Positions 1 to 9,127 of a stretch of 32,000 nucleotides of DNA are shown piece after piece. The stretch spans positions 2,400,001 through 2,432,000 of the forward strand of contig NZ_CP045650.1 of assembly GCF_009557235.1 (NCBI RefSeq), given 5' to 3'. The translations under genes were made by a program, and so were the position numbers. Under the pieces are notes generated by a model. That model was not told the DNA's origin. It saw only the letters and a program-made list of their open reading frames with translations, and did not search any database. The stretch is from Acinetobacter wanghuae. GTDB lineage: Bacteria; Pseudomonadota; Gammaproteobacteria; Pseudomonadales; Moraxellaceae. How positions within the stretch are numbered: the first letter of the stretch is position 1; the number at the start of each line of letters is the position of its first letter.

Positions 1-62
1 AATGTGAATAATCAAAGAATCGATACAGATAATCCATTACTATTTTAATTAGGATTAAACGC

Positions 63-1886
63 ATGCCAGCTTATAAAGCCCCTTTACACGATATTCGCTT
101 CTTAATGAACGAAGTGCTTGATTATCCTGCTCACTACCAAAAATTATCGAACGGTGAAAATGCCGACACCGATACGGTTAATATGATTTTAGAAGGTGCA
201 GCAGATTTCTGTGAAAATGTGATCTCTCCTTTAAACCAATCAGGTGATGAAGAAGGCTGTCATTTTAAAGATGGCGAAGTCACTACACCAAAAGGCTTTA
301 AAGAAGCCTACGATCAATTCGTACAAGGCGGTTGGCAAGGTTTGTCTTATCCTGAAGAATTCGGTGGGCAAGGCTTACCGATGTCACTTAACTTAATTAA
401 ATCAGAGATGATGGGAACGGCAAACTGGTCGTTTACCATGTATCCTGGGTTGAGCATGGGTTGTATCAATACCATTTTACAGTTTGGTACTGAACAACAA
501 AAAAATCTTTATTTACCACCGCTTATTGCAGGCACGTGGTCAGGCACGATGTGTTTGACAGAACCACAATGCGGTACCGATTTGGGTCAGGTTAAATCGA
601 AAGCTGAACCCAATGAAGATGGCACGTACTCCATTTCAGGCACAAAAATCTTCATCTCTGCAGGTGAACATGATTTAACTGAAAATATTATTCATATTGT
701 ACTGGCACGTCTTCCAGATGCACCTGCCGGTACACGTGGTATTTCATTATTCATCGTACCGAAATTCGTTGCCAATGCAGATGGCAGCATTGCAGAACGC
801 AACCCTGTGACATGTGGTTCAATTGAACATAAAATGGGGATCCGTGCATCTGCGACAGCTGTACTTAACTTTGACAATGCGAAGGGCTACCTGATTGGCG
901 AAAAAAACAAAGGTTTACACGCGATGTTTACCTTTATGAATACCGCACGTATTGGTACAGCGGTGCAAGGTATTGCACACGCAGAACTTTCATTCCAAGG
1001 TGCGCTACCTTATGCCAAAGAACGTATGTCAATGCGTGCGTTATCTGGCAAAAAAGAACCTGAGAAAGTAGCTGATTCGATTATTCATCATGCTGACGTA
1101 CGCCGTATGTTGCTCACGCAAAAATCGATTGCTGAAGGTGGCCGTGCCATGATTTATCATGCTGCACAAATTGCCGATAAAATGAATGACGCGCTCCTTT
1201 TAGGTGATACCGCATCATTTGAAAAACATGATGATCATCTTGGATTCTACACACCAATTTTGAAAGGTTTCTTAACTGAAATGGGTTATGAAGCTGCAAA
1301 TCATGGGATGCAAGTCTTTGGTGGGCATGGCTACATTAAAGAATGGGGCATGGAGCAAATTGTACGTGATTCACGTATCTCTACCCTTTATGAAGGCACA
1401 ACAGGTGTCCAAGCCCTTGATTTGATGGGTCGTAAAGTACTGCTGACCTCAAAAGGTAAAGTGATTCGTGACTATACGGCTGAGATTTTGAAATTCTGTG
1501 GTCAACATGCGCGTAACAAATATATGCGCCGTTTTGCATGGGACTTAACCAAATTATGTGCACAGTGGAATGCCTTGACTGTTCGCATCATGCTGACTGC
1601 GCGTAAAGATCGCGATGTGGTTTCTTCAGCATCAGTTGATTTCTTAATGTTCTCAGGCTACGTCATGATGGCTTACTTCTGGGCGCAACAAGCAGCAGTC
1701 GCTTCTGCGAAATTAGCATCGGGTGATGGCGCAGAAGTTCCTGAGTTCTATAAAGCTAAAATTAAAACTGCTGATTTCTACTTCGAACGTCTATTGCCAC
1801 GTACTCAAGGTCATGCCGAAGCCATGGTAAACCCATCAAAAACGATGACCTCATTGGCTGCCGAGCATTTTAGCTTTGATTACTAA
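63..1886 (+). CDS. Long (607 aa) acyl-CoA dehydrogenase, FadE-like with extended C-terminal domain
   Basis: Full-length ORF with ACAD-type motifs CLTEPQCGTDLG and LYEGTTGVQALDL. AGGA-like RBS upstream and a rho-independent terminator downstream. Confidence 0.9.
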   Translation: MPAYKAPLHDIRFLMNEVLDYPAHYQKLSNGENADTDTVNMILEGAADFCENVISPLNQSGDEEGCHFKDGEVTTPKGFKEAYDQFVQGGWQGLSYPEEFGGQGLPMSLNLIKSEMMGTANWSFTMYPGLSMGCINTILQFGTEQQKNLYLPPLIAGTWSGTMCLTEPQCGTDLGQVKSKAEPNEDGTYSISGTKIFISAGEHDLTENIIHIVLARLPDAPAGTRGISLFIVPKFVANADGSIAERNPVTCGSIEHKMGIRASATAVLNFDNAKGYLIGEKNKGLHAMFTFMNTARIGTAVQGIAHAELSFQGALPYAKERMSMRALSGKKEPEKVADSIIHHADVRRMLLTQKSIAEGGRAMIYHAAQIADKMNDALLLGDTASFEKHDDHLGFYTPILKGFLTEMGYEAANHGMQVFGGHGYIKEWGMEQIVRDSRISTLYEGTTGVQALDLMGRKVLLTSKGKVIRDYTAEILKFCGQHARNKYMRRFAWDLTKLCAQWNALTVRIMLTARKDRDVVSSASVDFLMFSGYVMMAYFWAQQAAVASAKLASGDGAEVPEFYKAKIKTADFYFERLLPRTQGHAEAMVNPSKTMTSLAAEHFSFDY

Positions 1887-1902
1887 GACTATTTTTTAAT
1901 CT

Positions 1903-1931
1903 AAAAAAGGGCGCTTCGGCGCTCTTTTTTT
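1903..1931 (+). terminator. Rho-independent terminator after the acyl-CoA dehydrogenase gene
   Basis: AAAAAAGGGCGC-TTCG-GCGCTCTTTTTTT: GC-rich stem, tetraloop, T-run. Confidence 0.8.
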
Positions 1932-2027
1932 GCGTCCGAAATTATTTATTTACATTTAATTCTATTTATAAAAAGTCTTAAAATTCAAAAATATAATCGC
2001 AACATTTAAAAAAATAAAATAAACAGG

Positions 2028-2055
2028 TTGAATAATTCTGAATACTCGGTATGAT
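2028..2055 (+). promoter_or_regulatory. Putative sigma70 promoter of the cold-shock gene; implies a 5' UTR of about 160-170 nt
   Basis: TTGAAT (2028-2033), a 16-nt spacer, then TATGAT (2050-2055). Prediction by eye only. Confidence 0.35.
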
Positions 2056-2224
2056 AATCCCAACTAGAAAAATTCTTGTTTTGGTTAGTCTTCTTTAAGT
2101 ATCGCAGTTTTAGTCATAAACCTTCGTTTTTTATAGATCAAAAGCTCCATCCTGTCTATTTTTCAAGTTACAACTTAGTCATCTGATGGCTATAAATCAA
2201 TATAAAACTCAATAGGTTAATACT

Positions 2225-2434
2225 ATGTCTAACACAGTTACTGGTACAGTTAAATGGTTCAACGAAACTAAAGGTTTCGGTTTCATTCAACAAGACAATG
2301 GTCCAGACGTTTTCGCTCACTTCAGCGAAATCCAAGGTTCAGGCTTCAAAACTTTAGCTGAAGGCCAAAAGGTTTCTTTCAGCGTTGCTCAAGGTCAAAA
2401 AGGCCCTACAGCTACTAACATCAACGCTATCTAA
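2225..2434 (+). CDS. Cold-shock protein, CspA family (69 aa)
   Basis: RNP1/RNP2-type motifs [12 protein letters not shown] and DVFAHFSEI. Size is typical, and the gene is followed by a terminator. Confidence 0.95.
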   Translation: MSNTVTGTVKWFNETKGFGFIQQDNGPDVFAHFSEIQGSGFKTLAEGQKVSFSVAQGQKGPTATNINAI

Positions 2435-2450
2435 TCTAGCGATTGAATGT

Positions 2451-2479
2451 AAAAAAGCACTCGAATGAGTGCTTTTTTT
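2451..2479 (+). terminator. Rho-independent terminator after csp
   Basis: AGCACTC-GAAT-GAGTGCT stem-loop followed by TTTTTT. Confidence 0.85.
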
Positions 2480-2817
2480 ATGCCTAAAATTTAATATCAG
2501 ATCAAACATGCATTCTGTCATTTAAACATTCAGCACGTATTTCAAGCTACGACATCATCTAACTAAGGTAGTGCAGTCATACTCTGCTTCGACTGATGCT
2601 AGTCATGCCAAAATATGAAGAAATTAAGCATAGAAATGTTGAATAAACCTTCAAATATTGGATAAAAAGAATTCAATATAACTTAAATATCATTAAATTA
2701 TAAAAACTTAAACTCCAAGGCTATTTATTTACAAATCTCTCCAATGTCGCTTCATCGTTCCTACATCAGTACTGCCTAAGATGAGCTTATTGAATTATAC
2801 GACTGAGAGCTTCTTCC

Positions 2818-3081
2818 ATGAAAAAATTGATTTCATCACTGATGATTGGTCTAATTGCAGCAACAGCAACCATGTCCGCGATGGCAGCGCCTCATTTCGA
2901 TCACCATAAAGCGCCGCATGCTACACATTTTAATAAAAAGCCTGTACATCATAAAAATCATTTCCGTAAAGCACCACCGAAACCGCACTTTAGTCATCAA
3001 GACAAACATAAAGGTGCTTTTAATAAGAACCAACCACACCACAATGTAGCGCATCATAAAATGCCGCCAAAACATCATTAA
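2818..3081 (+). CDS. Small secreted histidine/lysine/proline-rich protein (87 aa), function unknown
   Basis: N-terminal signal peptide MKKLISSLMIGLIAATATMSAMA with an AxA cleavage motif. I count 17 His in the 64-residue mature part, with degenerate repeats of the form H..K(A/P)P. A terminator lies immediately downstream. Confidence 0.7.
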   Translation: MKKLISSLMIGLIAATATMSAMAAPHFDHHKAPHATHFNKKPVHHKNHFRKAPPKPHFSHQDKHKGAFNKNQPHHNVAHHKMPPKHH

Positions 3082-3092
3082 TTTAAGCCATG

Positions 3093-3121
3093 AAAAAAGA
3101 GCGCCCATGCGCTCTTTTTTT
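3093..3121. terminator. Bidirectional rho-independent terminator between the His-rich gene (+) and hemW (-)
   Basis: AAAAAAGAGCGC-CCAT-GCGCTCTTTTTTT, flanked by an A-run and a T-run. Confidence 0.8.
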
Positions 3122-3138
3122 CGTTTTAAATACTGAGC

Positions 3139-4302
3139 TTATAAAAATTCTTCAAGCACTGAATTTAAAAAGATATGCCCTTGTTCAGTACATGCCAAAC
3201 GTGCGGCATCGTTGACCATCAATTGACGCTCACGAAGCGATGTTAATAGCTTATTTAAGTCATCCAAGCTTAGACCTGTGCGTTCTGCATAGCGTTCTGC
3301 ATCCACTCCATCATTTAAACGTAGCGCATTCATCATAAATTCAAATGGCATATCTTGATCTTCAATACGTTTAAATTGCAAATGTTCTGCTGGCACTTTG
3401 GCTAAATAGTCTTTTGGCAAACGGGTCTTTTGAAAACGATACACGCCATCGGGTTGCGTCACTTTACCGTGCGCCCCTGCCCCAATTGCCAAATAATCAC
3501 CAAATTGCCAGTAATTTAAATTATGTGCCGATGGTTGTTCTTTACGCCAAGCAGACACTTCATAATTGATATAACCATTGGCTTTTAAATACGCTTCACC
3601 TTGCTCTTGAATATCTTCAAGCACGTCATCGGTCGGTAAAATAGGCTTAGTGCGGAAAAATACAGTATTTGGCTCAATGGTGAGTTGGTACCATGAAATA
3701 TGTGTTGCGCCATGTTCGACCGCAAGTTTTAAATCCAATAAAGCTTGATCTAAGGTCTGTTCGGGCAAGCCATGCATCAAATCAACATTAATTCGCTCAA
3801 AGCCTGCTTCTCGTGCCAAGGCAAGTGCCGAAATCGCATCATCGTTGCTATGAATACGTCCAAGTTTTTTTAGATGGTCGGTATTAAAGCTTTGCACCCC
3901 AATAGATAAACGATTAATACCTGCTGCCAAGTAGCCTGCAAATGGATCGTGTTCTACTGTCCCTGGATTGGCTTCCAAGGTGATTTCACAGTGATCTTCA
4001 AAAGGCAGCATGGCTTTAAGCGCAGTAAACAGCCATTGATAACCTTGTGCTGAAATCAGTGACGGCGTGCCCCCACCAATAAATACGCTATGAATTTGGC
4101 GTCCTTGAGCCCAATGTATTTGCATTTTAAAGTCTTCTACCAATGCATTTAAATATTCTTGCTCTAATGCTGTAGATAGCTCGCCATCTGGTACTGCATG
4201 CGAATTAAAGTCACAATAAGGACATTTACGCACGCACCATGGCATATGAATATATAACGATAAAGGAACATCAGCAGGATTTAAATCGGACAAGGACAGC
4301 AC
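3139..4302 (-). CDS. hemW: Radical SAM heme chaperone HemW (HemN-like, oxygen-independent coproporphyrinogen oxidase family)
   Basis: CxxxCxxC radical-SAM motif CVRKCPYCDF near the N-terminus. The 387-aa length fits HemW/YggW rather than HemN (about 450 aa). Confidence 0.88.
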   Translation of the reverse strand: MLSLSDLNPADVPLSLYIHMPWCVRKCPYCDFNSHAVPDGELSTALEQEYLNALVEDFKMQIHWAQGRQIHSVFIGGGTPSLISAQGYQWLFTALKAMLPFEDHCEITLEANPGTVEHDPFAGYLAAGINRLSIGVQSFNTDHLKKLGRIHSNDDAISALALAREAGFERINVDLMHGLPEQTLDQALLDLKLAVEHGATHISWYQLTIEPNTVFFRTKPILPTDDVLEDIQEQGEAYLKANGYINYEVSAWRKEQPSAHNLNYWQFGDYLAIGAGAHGKVTQPDGVYRFQKTRLPKDYLAKVPAEHLQFKRIEDQDMPFEFMMNALRLNDGVDAERYAERTGLSLDDLNKLLTSLRERQLMVNDAARLACTEQGHIFLNSVLEEFL

Positions 4303-4412
4303 TCAAATGATCATATGAATTTTGTTGTATTTTAGCATGACTATAATGAACGCTTGCTTAAAACTCGTTTACTTTGACGTAGACTGCCAAGACAGAGACA
4401 ACAATAAGATCT

Positions 4413-4877
4413 ATGCGTATGAAAATATCATCTGAATTATTGCTGATTTTAGCGTTAACCCTTGGCATTGGTTTTGCGATGACCGTTCAGACAGCCATTA
4501 ATAGCCAACTGAGGGAATATTTACATTCACCCCTTCAAGCTGCCCTTTTCTCATTTTTGATTGGTACAATAGTACTTGCCATATTGGTGTACGTTCAACC
4601 CGTGGAAAAACCCAGTCTCAATACCTTCCTCCAATTGCCTTGGTATATGTGGCTTGGTGGATTTTTAGGTGTCTATGCGATTAGTATCAGTATATTTGCT
4701 GCACCTAAATTAGGGTTTCTCACACTTTCGGGTCTCATCATTTTTGGTCAAATGGTGATGTCGATGTTGGTTGATCAATTCGGCTTACTCAGCAATGAAA
4801 AAGCTCCAATCAATTGGCAACGTTTTTTGGGTGGCGTGGTGATTTTTATTGGTGTGCTTCTCACTTTAAAACGCTAA
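4413..4877 (+). CDS. DMT-superfamily small membrane transporter (DUF606/YdcZ-like)
   Basis: 154 aa with about five hydrophobic helices. The N-terminal pattern TVQTAINSQL...PLQAALFSF is as remembered for DUF606. The start could instead be the ATG at 4419. Confidence 0.75.
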   Translation: MRMKISSELLLILALTLGIGFAMTVQTAINSQLREYLHSPLQAALFSFLIGTIVLAILVYVQPVEKPSLNTFLQLPWYMWLGGFLGVYAISISIFAAPKLGFLTLSGLIIFGQMVMSMLVDQFGLLSNEKAPINWQRFLGGVVIFIGVLLTLKR

Positions 4878-4916
4878 ACCTTGTTCCTAAGCGCATGATA
4901 AAAATGAGTAATCTTT

Positions 4917-6272
4917 GTGTCTCCTGAAATGACTGTAACCACAACTCGTTTTGAATTAAAAAAATTAATTTATTTAATGATACCCATCCTGATCACGCAA
5001 TTTGCACAAGCAGGTTTTGGCTTAATTGACACCATTATGGCAGGACATTTATCTGCCAATGACTTGGCTGCAATTGCAGTCGGTGTTGGTCTTTGGGTGC
5101 CGATTATGGTGTTGTTTAGTGGCATTATGATCGCCACTACACCTTTGGTCGCAGAAGCCAATGGCGCACGCACGCCTGAAAAAATTGCGACCATTACCCG
5201 ACAATCCCTTTGGGTGGCTTTATTTCTAGGCATCATTGCGGCTTTAATTTTACAAGCCATGCCCATGTTATTGCCTGTGGTCGGTGTACCCGATGCCTTA
5301 CTGCCAAAAGCCAGTTTATTCTTACATGCCATTGGTCTAGGTATGCCTGCGGTGACCATGTATGCAGCATTACGCGGCTATTCTGAAGCGATTGGTCATC
5401 CACGTCCTGTCACCGTGATCAGCTTAATTGGACTGGTGGTCTTAATCCCACTGAATTTCATTTTTATGTATGGCTTTGGTCCTATTCCTGAAATGGGCAG
5501 CGCAGGCTGTGGTTTCGCCACTGCTATTTTACAATGGCTGATGCTTTTTGCACTTGCCATCTATATCTATAAAAATAGCAGCTATCGCAAAACCCAACCT
5601 TTTACCGGATGGGAAGCCTTACATGCCGTGTGGATTAAACGCATTTTAAAACTGGGCTTACCCATTGGTTTAGCCATTTTCTTTGAAGTCAGTATTTTTA
5701 GTACGGCTGCAATTGTGCTGAGTCCTTTAGGGGAAATTACGGTTGCCGCACACCAAATTGCGATTTCAATCACCACACAGCTCTTTATGATTCCGATGTC
5801 ACTTGCGATTGCATTGACCATTCGTGTCGGCACTTATTATGGTGAACAGAATTGGGCAAATATGCGCAAAGTTCAGGTATTAGGCTTAGCCACTGCAACC
5901 TTGCTTGCCTGTATGACCATGCTACTGTTGTGGTTCTTCCGAAGTGAAATCGTGGCTTTATACACCTCTGATCTCTTGGTGACACAGATTGCGGTAAGCC
6001 TCGTGTTCTTTGCGATTGCCTATCAGCTCATGGATGGTTGGCAAATTAGTGCAGCAGGTTGTTTACGTGGCATGCAAGACACCAAAGCCCCAATGTGGAT
6101 CACCATGATCGCTTACTGGGTCATTGCCTTCCCTGTCGGCGTGTATCTGTCTCGCTTTACCAATATGGGTGCTGCGGGTGTCTGGATTGGTTTAATCGTG
6201 GGTCTGTCGGTGGCGTGTATTCTCTTAATCTCGCGCTTGTATATGAACAATCAGCGTTTAAGTCGGCGATAA
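4917..6272 (+). CDS. abeM: MATE-family multidrug efflux transporter (NorM/AbeM type)
   Basis: 451 aa, 12-TM-like. The N-terminal LMIPILITQFAQAGFGLIDTIMAGHLSA and the C-terminal part closely resemble my memory of Acinetobacter AbeM. GTG start at 4917, with an alternative ATG at 4929. Confidence 0.88.
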   Translation: MSPEMTVTTTRFELKKLIYLMIPILITQFAQAGFGLIDTIMAGHLSANDLAAIAVGVGLWVPIMVLFSGIMIATTPLVAEANGARTPEKIATITRQSLWVALFLGIIAALILQAMPMLLPVVGVPDALLPKASLFLHAIGLGMPAVTMYAALRGYSEAIGHPRPVTVISLIGLVVLIPLNFIFMYGFGPIPEMGSAGCGFATAILQWLMLFALAIYIYKNSSYRKTQPFTGWEALHAVWIKRILKLGLPIGLAIFFEVSIFSTAAIVLSPLGEITVAAHQIAISITTQLFMIPMSLAIALTIRVGTYYGEQNWANMRKVQVLGLATATLLACMTMLLLWFFRSEIVALYTSDLLVTQIAVSLVFFAIAYQLMDGWQISAAGCLRGMQDTKAPMWITMIAYWVIAFPVGVYLSRFTNMGAAGVWIGLIVGLSVACILLISRLYMNNQRLSRR

Positions 6273-6344
6273 ATACATTTGAGTCTTGCTCCATGACAAG
6301 GACGTCATGGATCTCTCACCTTCTTTATACATTTGAGTTAGACA

Positions 6345-6557
6345 TTATGCCTGTGCATCCAAAGCGGCTTTTAAACCTTTAGGTATTTCTGTTTCATCTA
6401 CGACATCTTTAATGACGACTTGCCCCACAATCACATCAGTACCATTAAAGGTCATGGTCGGCGCACCATATAATTCATAACCTTCATTTAATGCTTTGGT
6501 CACGCGTGCACAAAATTGCACATCGTCTTTACCTGTAAAATAACGATAAACTTTCAT
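6345..6557 (-). CDS. DUF1737-like small protein (70 aa)
   Basis: MKVYRYFTGKDDVQFCARVTKALNEGYELYG matches the remembered DUF1737 pattern. It is a compact stand-alone ORF. Confidence 0.7.
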   Translation of the reverse strand: MKVYRYFTGKDDVQFCARVTKALNEGYELYGAPTMTFNGTDVIVGQVVIKDVVDETEIPKGLKAALDAQA

Positions 6558-6817
6558 TAACCTATCTCATGATAACGCTGTTGCAATGTTACCTCTTCAA
6601 GACTAAAACAACATTCAAAAATATCCCTGATACTTATCAGCATGCTTCATAAAGACAACGATTGCCAGCATTCTTCATTGAAATAGGTGTTCATGCAGAG
6701 ATTATGAAGAAAGCCATTTCATCCGAAACACAACGGCTACAATTATTTCTAGGCAAGTTCCACGTTGTCGCCTATGATCAAAGACATCTCTTAGATGTTG
6801 ATCTTAAGGAATCTCGC

Positions 6818-8116
6818 ATGGCTAAAACGGCTAGCACACCCGGTCGCCGCTTTATGAAACTTGCTGGTATGACCGCAAGTATTGCAAGTAAAACGCTCTC
6901 AAATTCGATTAAAAATATAACTGCCGATGAAGAGCAGAAAAATGCATCACGCAGTCGATTGTTTCAAGATATTGGCGTACAAATTGCCGATACTTTAGGT
7001 GAAATGAAAGGCGCAGTCATGAAAGTGGGGCAAATTGCCTCACAATATAAAGATATTTTTCCACCTGAAGTTGCACGTGCTATCGCTAAGCTACAACGCC
7101 AAGCACCGCCCATGCCTTTTGCCGAAATTAAACATCAGGTCGAAAAAGAACTCGGTAAACCACTCGATCAAATTTTTAAATATTTTGATGAACAGCCTTT
7201 TGCTGCCGCATCCATTGGTCAAGTTCACAAAGCAACCTTGCCCGATGGACAACAAGTGGTTGTTAAAGTCCAATATCCGGGTGTCGATGAAGCCTGTGAA
7301 AGTGACCTTAAACAAGTGCGCTTAGCACTACGTTTAATGGGTGTGCTGAAAATTGACCGTAAGCTACAGGATCAAATTTTTAAAGAGATTCAAACCAGTC
7401 TAGATGATGAACTCAATTACGAAATTGAAGCACAGAATTTAGAAGTGGCACGTGCCTTCCATGAGTCTTTAGATTCAAAAATTATAATTCCACAAGTGTT
7501 TAGTGAGTATTCATCACGACATATTTTGACCTTAAGTTTTGAGCAAGGCGAAAGTATTGAAACCGCAAGCACATGGTCACAAGAAACACGTAATGCCTTG
7601 GGACGTCGTTTACTGCGCGCGATTGGGCAAGAGATTTTCTATTTAAAACGCTTCCATTGCGATCCGCATCCCGGGAACTTTGCTTTTCGTGAAGATGGCA
7701 CGGTCATTATTTATGACTTTGGTGGTGTTAAAACCCTATCAAGCGACGTTGTGGCTTCCTTTAAAGCCTTAATTCAGGCTGCACGTGAACATGATATTGC
7801 GCGTATTGAACAGGAATTGGATGCACTACATTCACTGACGGAACTGGGTAAATTCCCGACCGAACTTTATGAAAAATGGTTAGAAATCTTATTACGCCCC
7901 CTCAATGGTCATTATGATTTTGCTGAAAATTCGGCACATCATGACGGGGTAGAGTTAATTAAACCCTCACTCAAATATTGGGATGTGTTTAAACCCTCGC
8001 CTGATACTTTAATGGTGAATCGAACCATTTCGGGTCAATATTGGAATTTGATTCATTTAAAAGTCAGTGATGACTTAAGCGATGTACTTGAAGAGCTTGT
8101 TCCACTGCGTCGTTAA
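6818..8116 (+). CDS. ABC1/AarF/UbiB-family atypical kinase (432 aa from the ATG at 6818)
   Basis: ABC1 motif FAAASIGQVHKATLPDGQQVVVKVQYPGV and catalytic-loop-like HCDPHPGNF. The ATG at 6818 is preceded by AAGGA at 6806-6810. The track ORF begins at an upstream TTG (6662), which I consider an over-extension. Confidence 0.85.
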   Translation: MAKTASTPGRRFMKLAGMTASIASKTLSNSIKNITADEEQKNASRSRLFQDIGVQIADTLGEMKGAVMKVGQIASQYKDIFPPEVARAIAKLQRQAPPMPFAEIKHQVEKELGKPLDQIFKYFDEQPFAAASIGQVHKATLPDGQQVVVKVQYPGVDEACESDLKQVRLALRLMGVLKIDRKLQDQIFKEIQTSLDDELNYEIEAQNLEVARAFHESLDSKIIIPQVFSEYSSRHILTLSFEQGESIETASTWSQETRNALGRRLLRAIGQEIFYLKRFHCDPHPGNFAFREDGTVIIYDFGGVKTLSSDVVASFKALIQAAREHDIARIEQELDALHSLTELGKFPTELYEKWLEILLRPLNGHYDFAENSAHHDGVELIKPSLKYWDVFKPSPDTLMVNRTISGQYWNLIHLKVSDDLSDVLEELVPLRR

Positions 8117-8133
8117 TCGTAGCGTCATTTTAT

Positions 8134-8166
8134 AAAAGCCCAGTGACATATCAAACTGGGCTTTTA
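8134..8166 (+). terminator. Rho-independent terminator after the ABC1 kinase gene
   Basis: GCCCAGT (8138-8144) pairs with ACTGGGC (8155-8161), followed by TTTT. Confidence 0.7.
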
Positions 8167-8179
8167 TTGCATTCCTTAT

Positions 8180-8194
8180 TGTTATATTATAACA
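8180..8194 (+). promoter_or_regulatory. Zur box (zinc uptake regulator operator) upstream of rpmE2
   Basis: TGTTATATTATAACA is a perfect 7-1-7 palindrome. It matches the core of the gammaproteobacterial Zur consensus TGTTATAWTATAACA and lies 35 nt upstream of the L31 type B start. Confidence 0.7.
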
Positions 8195-8228
8195 TTACAT
8201 TAAATCAATAGAGATCGAGGGTTCAATC

Positions 8229-8483
8229 ATGCGTGATCATATCCATCCTGAATATCGTGAAGTGTTATTCCATGACACCAATGCCAATGCCTTTTTTGTG
8301 ATTGGCAGTACCTTAAACTCAGATCAAACCCGTGAACATGAAGGTAAAATCTATCCTTATGTGAGCTTAGATATTTCGAGTGCTTCACACCCGTTTTATA
8401 CTGGTGAGCAACGTCAAACCAGTAATGAAGGTCGTGTCGCGAACTTTAATAAACGTTTCGCACGTTTTAATCGCTCGCATTAA
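8229..8483 (+). CDS. rpmE2: 50S ribosomal protein L31 type B (zinc-independent paralog)
   Basis: 84 aa with the L31 signature HPFYTG. It lacks the CxxC zinc ribbon and is preceded by a Zur box. Confidence 0.92.
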   Translation: MRDHIHPEYREVLFHDTNANAFFVIGSTLNSDQTREHEGKIYPYVSLDISSASHPFYTGEQRQTSNEGRVANFNKRFARFNRSH

Positions 8484-8518
8484 TTTAAGCTTTATTTTTC
8501 ATTTTTTATTCTTGAAGA

Positions 8519-8552
8519 CCCAAGTCACGACTCCACACTTGGGTTTCTTTTT
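8519..8552 (+). terminator. Rho-independent terminator after rpmE2
   Basis: CCCAAGT (8519-8525) pairs with ACTTGGG (8537-8543), followed by TTTCTTTTT. Confidence 0.65.
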
Positions 8553-8575
8553 ATTCATTAAATGAACTGAAGATA

Positions 8576-8950
8576 TCATTCTAAAATTATTTTAAAGAGC
8601 AGATAAGCAAGCGTCAGCGCTAATACCCCTACCAATACACTTGATATGGCATATGCAAAAGCTAGTATCAGTTGACCTTGTTTCAGCAATTGAAATGTTT
8701 CTAAACCAAAACTCGAAAATGTGGTAAATCCACCCAAAATACCCACCATTAAAAACAAACGGGTTTCATGTTGCAGCATGGGATATTTTTGGCTGAACGC
8801 AAAGAAGGCACCCGCACAGGCACAGCCGATGATATTGATCCACCACGTTGGCCATGGAAATTGCATATGCGGTTTTAACAGCCAAAGTCCTGCACCATAG
8901 CGTAAACTTGCCCCGATTGCGCCGCCCATCGCGACTAACAGCCAATTCAT
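8576..8950 (-). CDS. crcB: Fluoride ion channel CrcB/FluC
   Basis: 124 aa, 4-TM. Typical N-terminus MNWLLVAMGGAIGASLRYG and the GGFTTFSSF motif. Confidence 0.92.
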   Translation of the reverse strand: MNWLLVAMGGAIGASLRYGAGLWLLKPHMQFPWPTWWINIIGCACAGAFFAFSQKYPMLQHETRLFLMVGILGGFTTFSSFGLETFQLLKQGQLILAFAYAISSVLVGVLALTLAYLLFKIILE

Positions 8951-9127
8951 GTTTTATCCTTCGTTTTGCTTGTGCATAAAGCTCGTTTTATCCACAGCTA
9001 CAAAAATATGTAGATAGTTCTTGCCCATATCTTGAACTTAAATCGATGCATTGACCATGGAACTTTTAGAAAAAATTGGTATATTCGTCGGTATTGGAAT
9101 TTATCAAGATCAAGGTTGAATCAAGAC

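Noticed and set aside
2480-2817. Search for a Zur/Fur/NikR-type operator upstream of the His-rich protein gene
   Set aside because: I found only weak partial repeats (AATATTG...CAATAT), nothing comparable to the rpmE2 box, so I make no regulatory call.
2851-3108. An 85-aa minus-strand ORF and a 64-aa plus-strand alternative-frame ORF (2855..3049) overlapping the His-rich gene
   Set aside because: They are open only because of the low-complexity CAT/CAC/AAA-rich repeat composition. They have no signal peptide, no RBS and no terminator logic. The 2818..3081 frame has a clean signal peptide and a terminator.
6662-6817. N-terminal 52-codon extension of the ABC1 kinase ORF from a TTG start
   Set aside because: The extension has no ABC1 homology. 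A canonical ATG at 6818 with AAGGA 8 nt upstream fits much better.
8951-9031. Possible fluoride riboswitch (crcB motif) upstream of crcB
   Set aside because: I read the minus-strand leader and could not find the conserved GGCGAUG...CGCC...CUGAUG...CCUAC-type elements as I remember them. An Infernal search with RF01734 would be decisive. As it stands there is no support.
9032-9127. N-terminal extension of the HopJ-like ORF (MNLNRCIDHGTFRKNWYIRRYW...)
   Set aside because: It is an arginine/tryptophan-rich stretch that does not look like protein. HopJ-family proteins are about 110 aa, and an ATG at 9128 gives exactly that.
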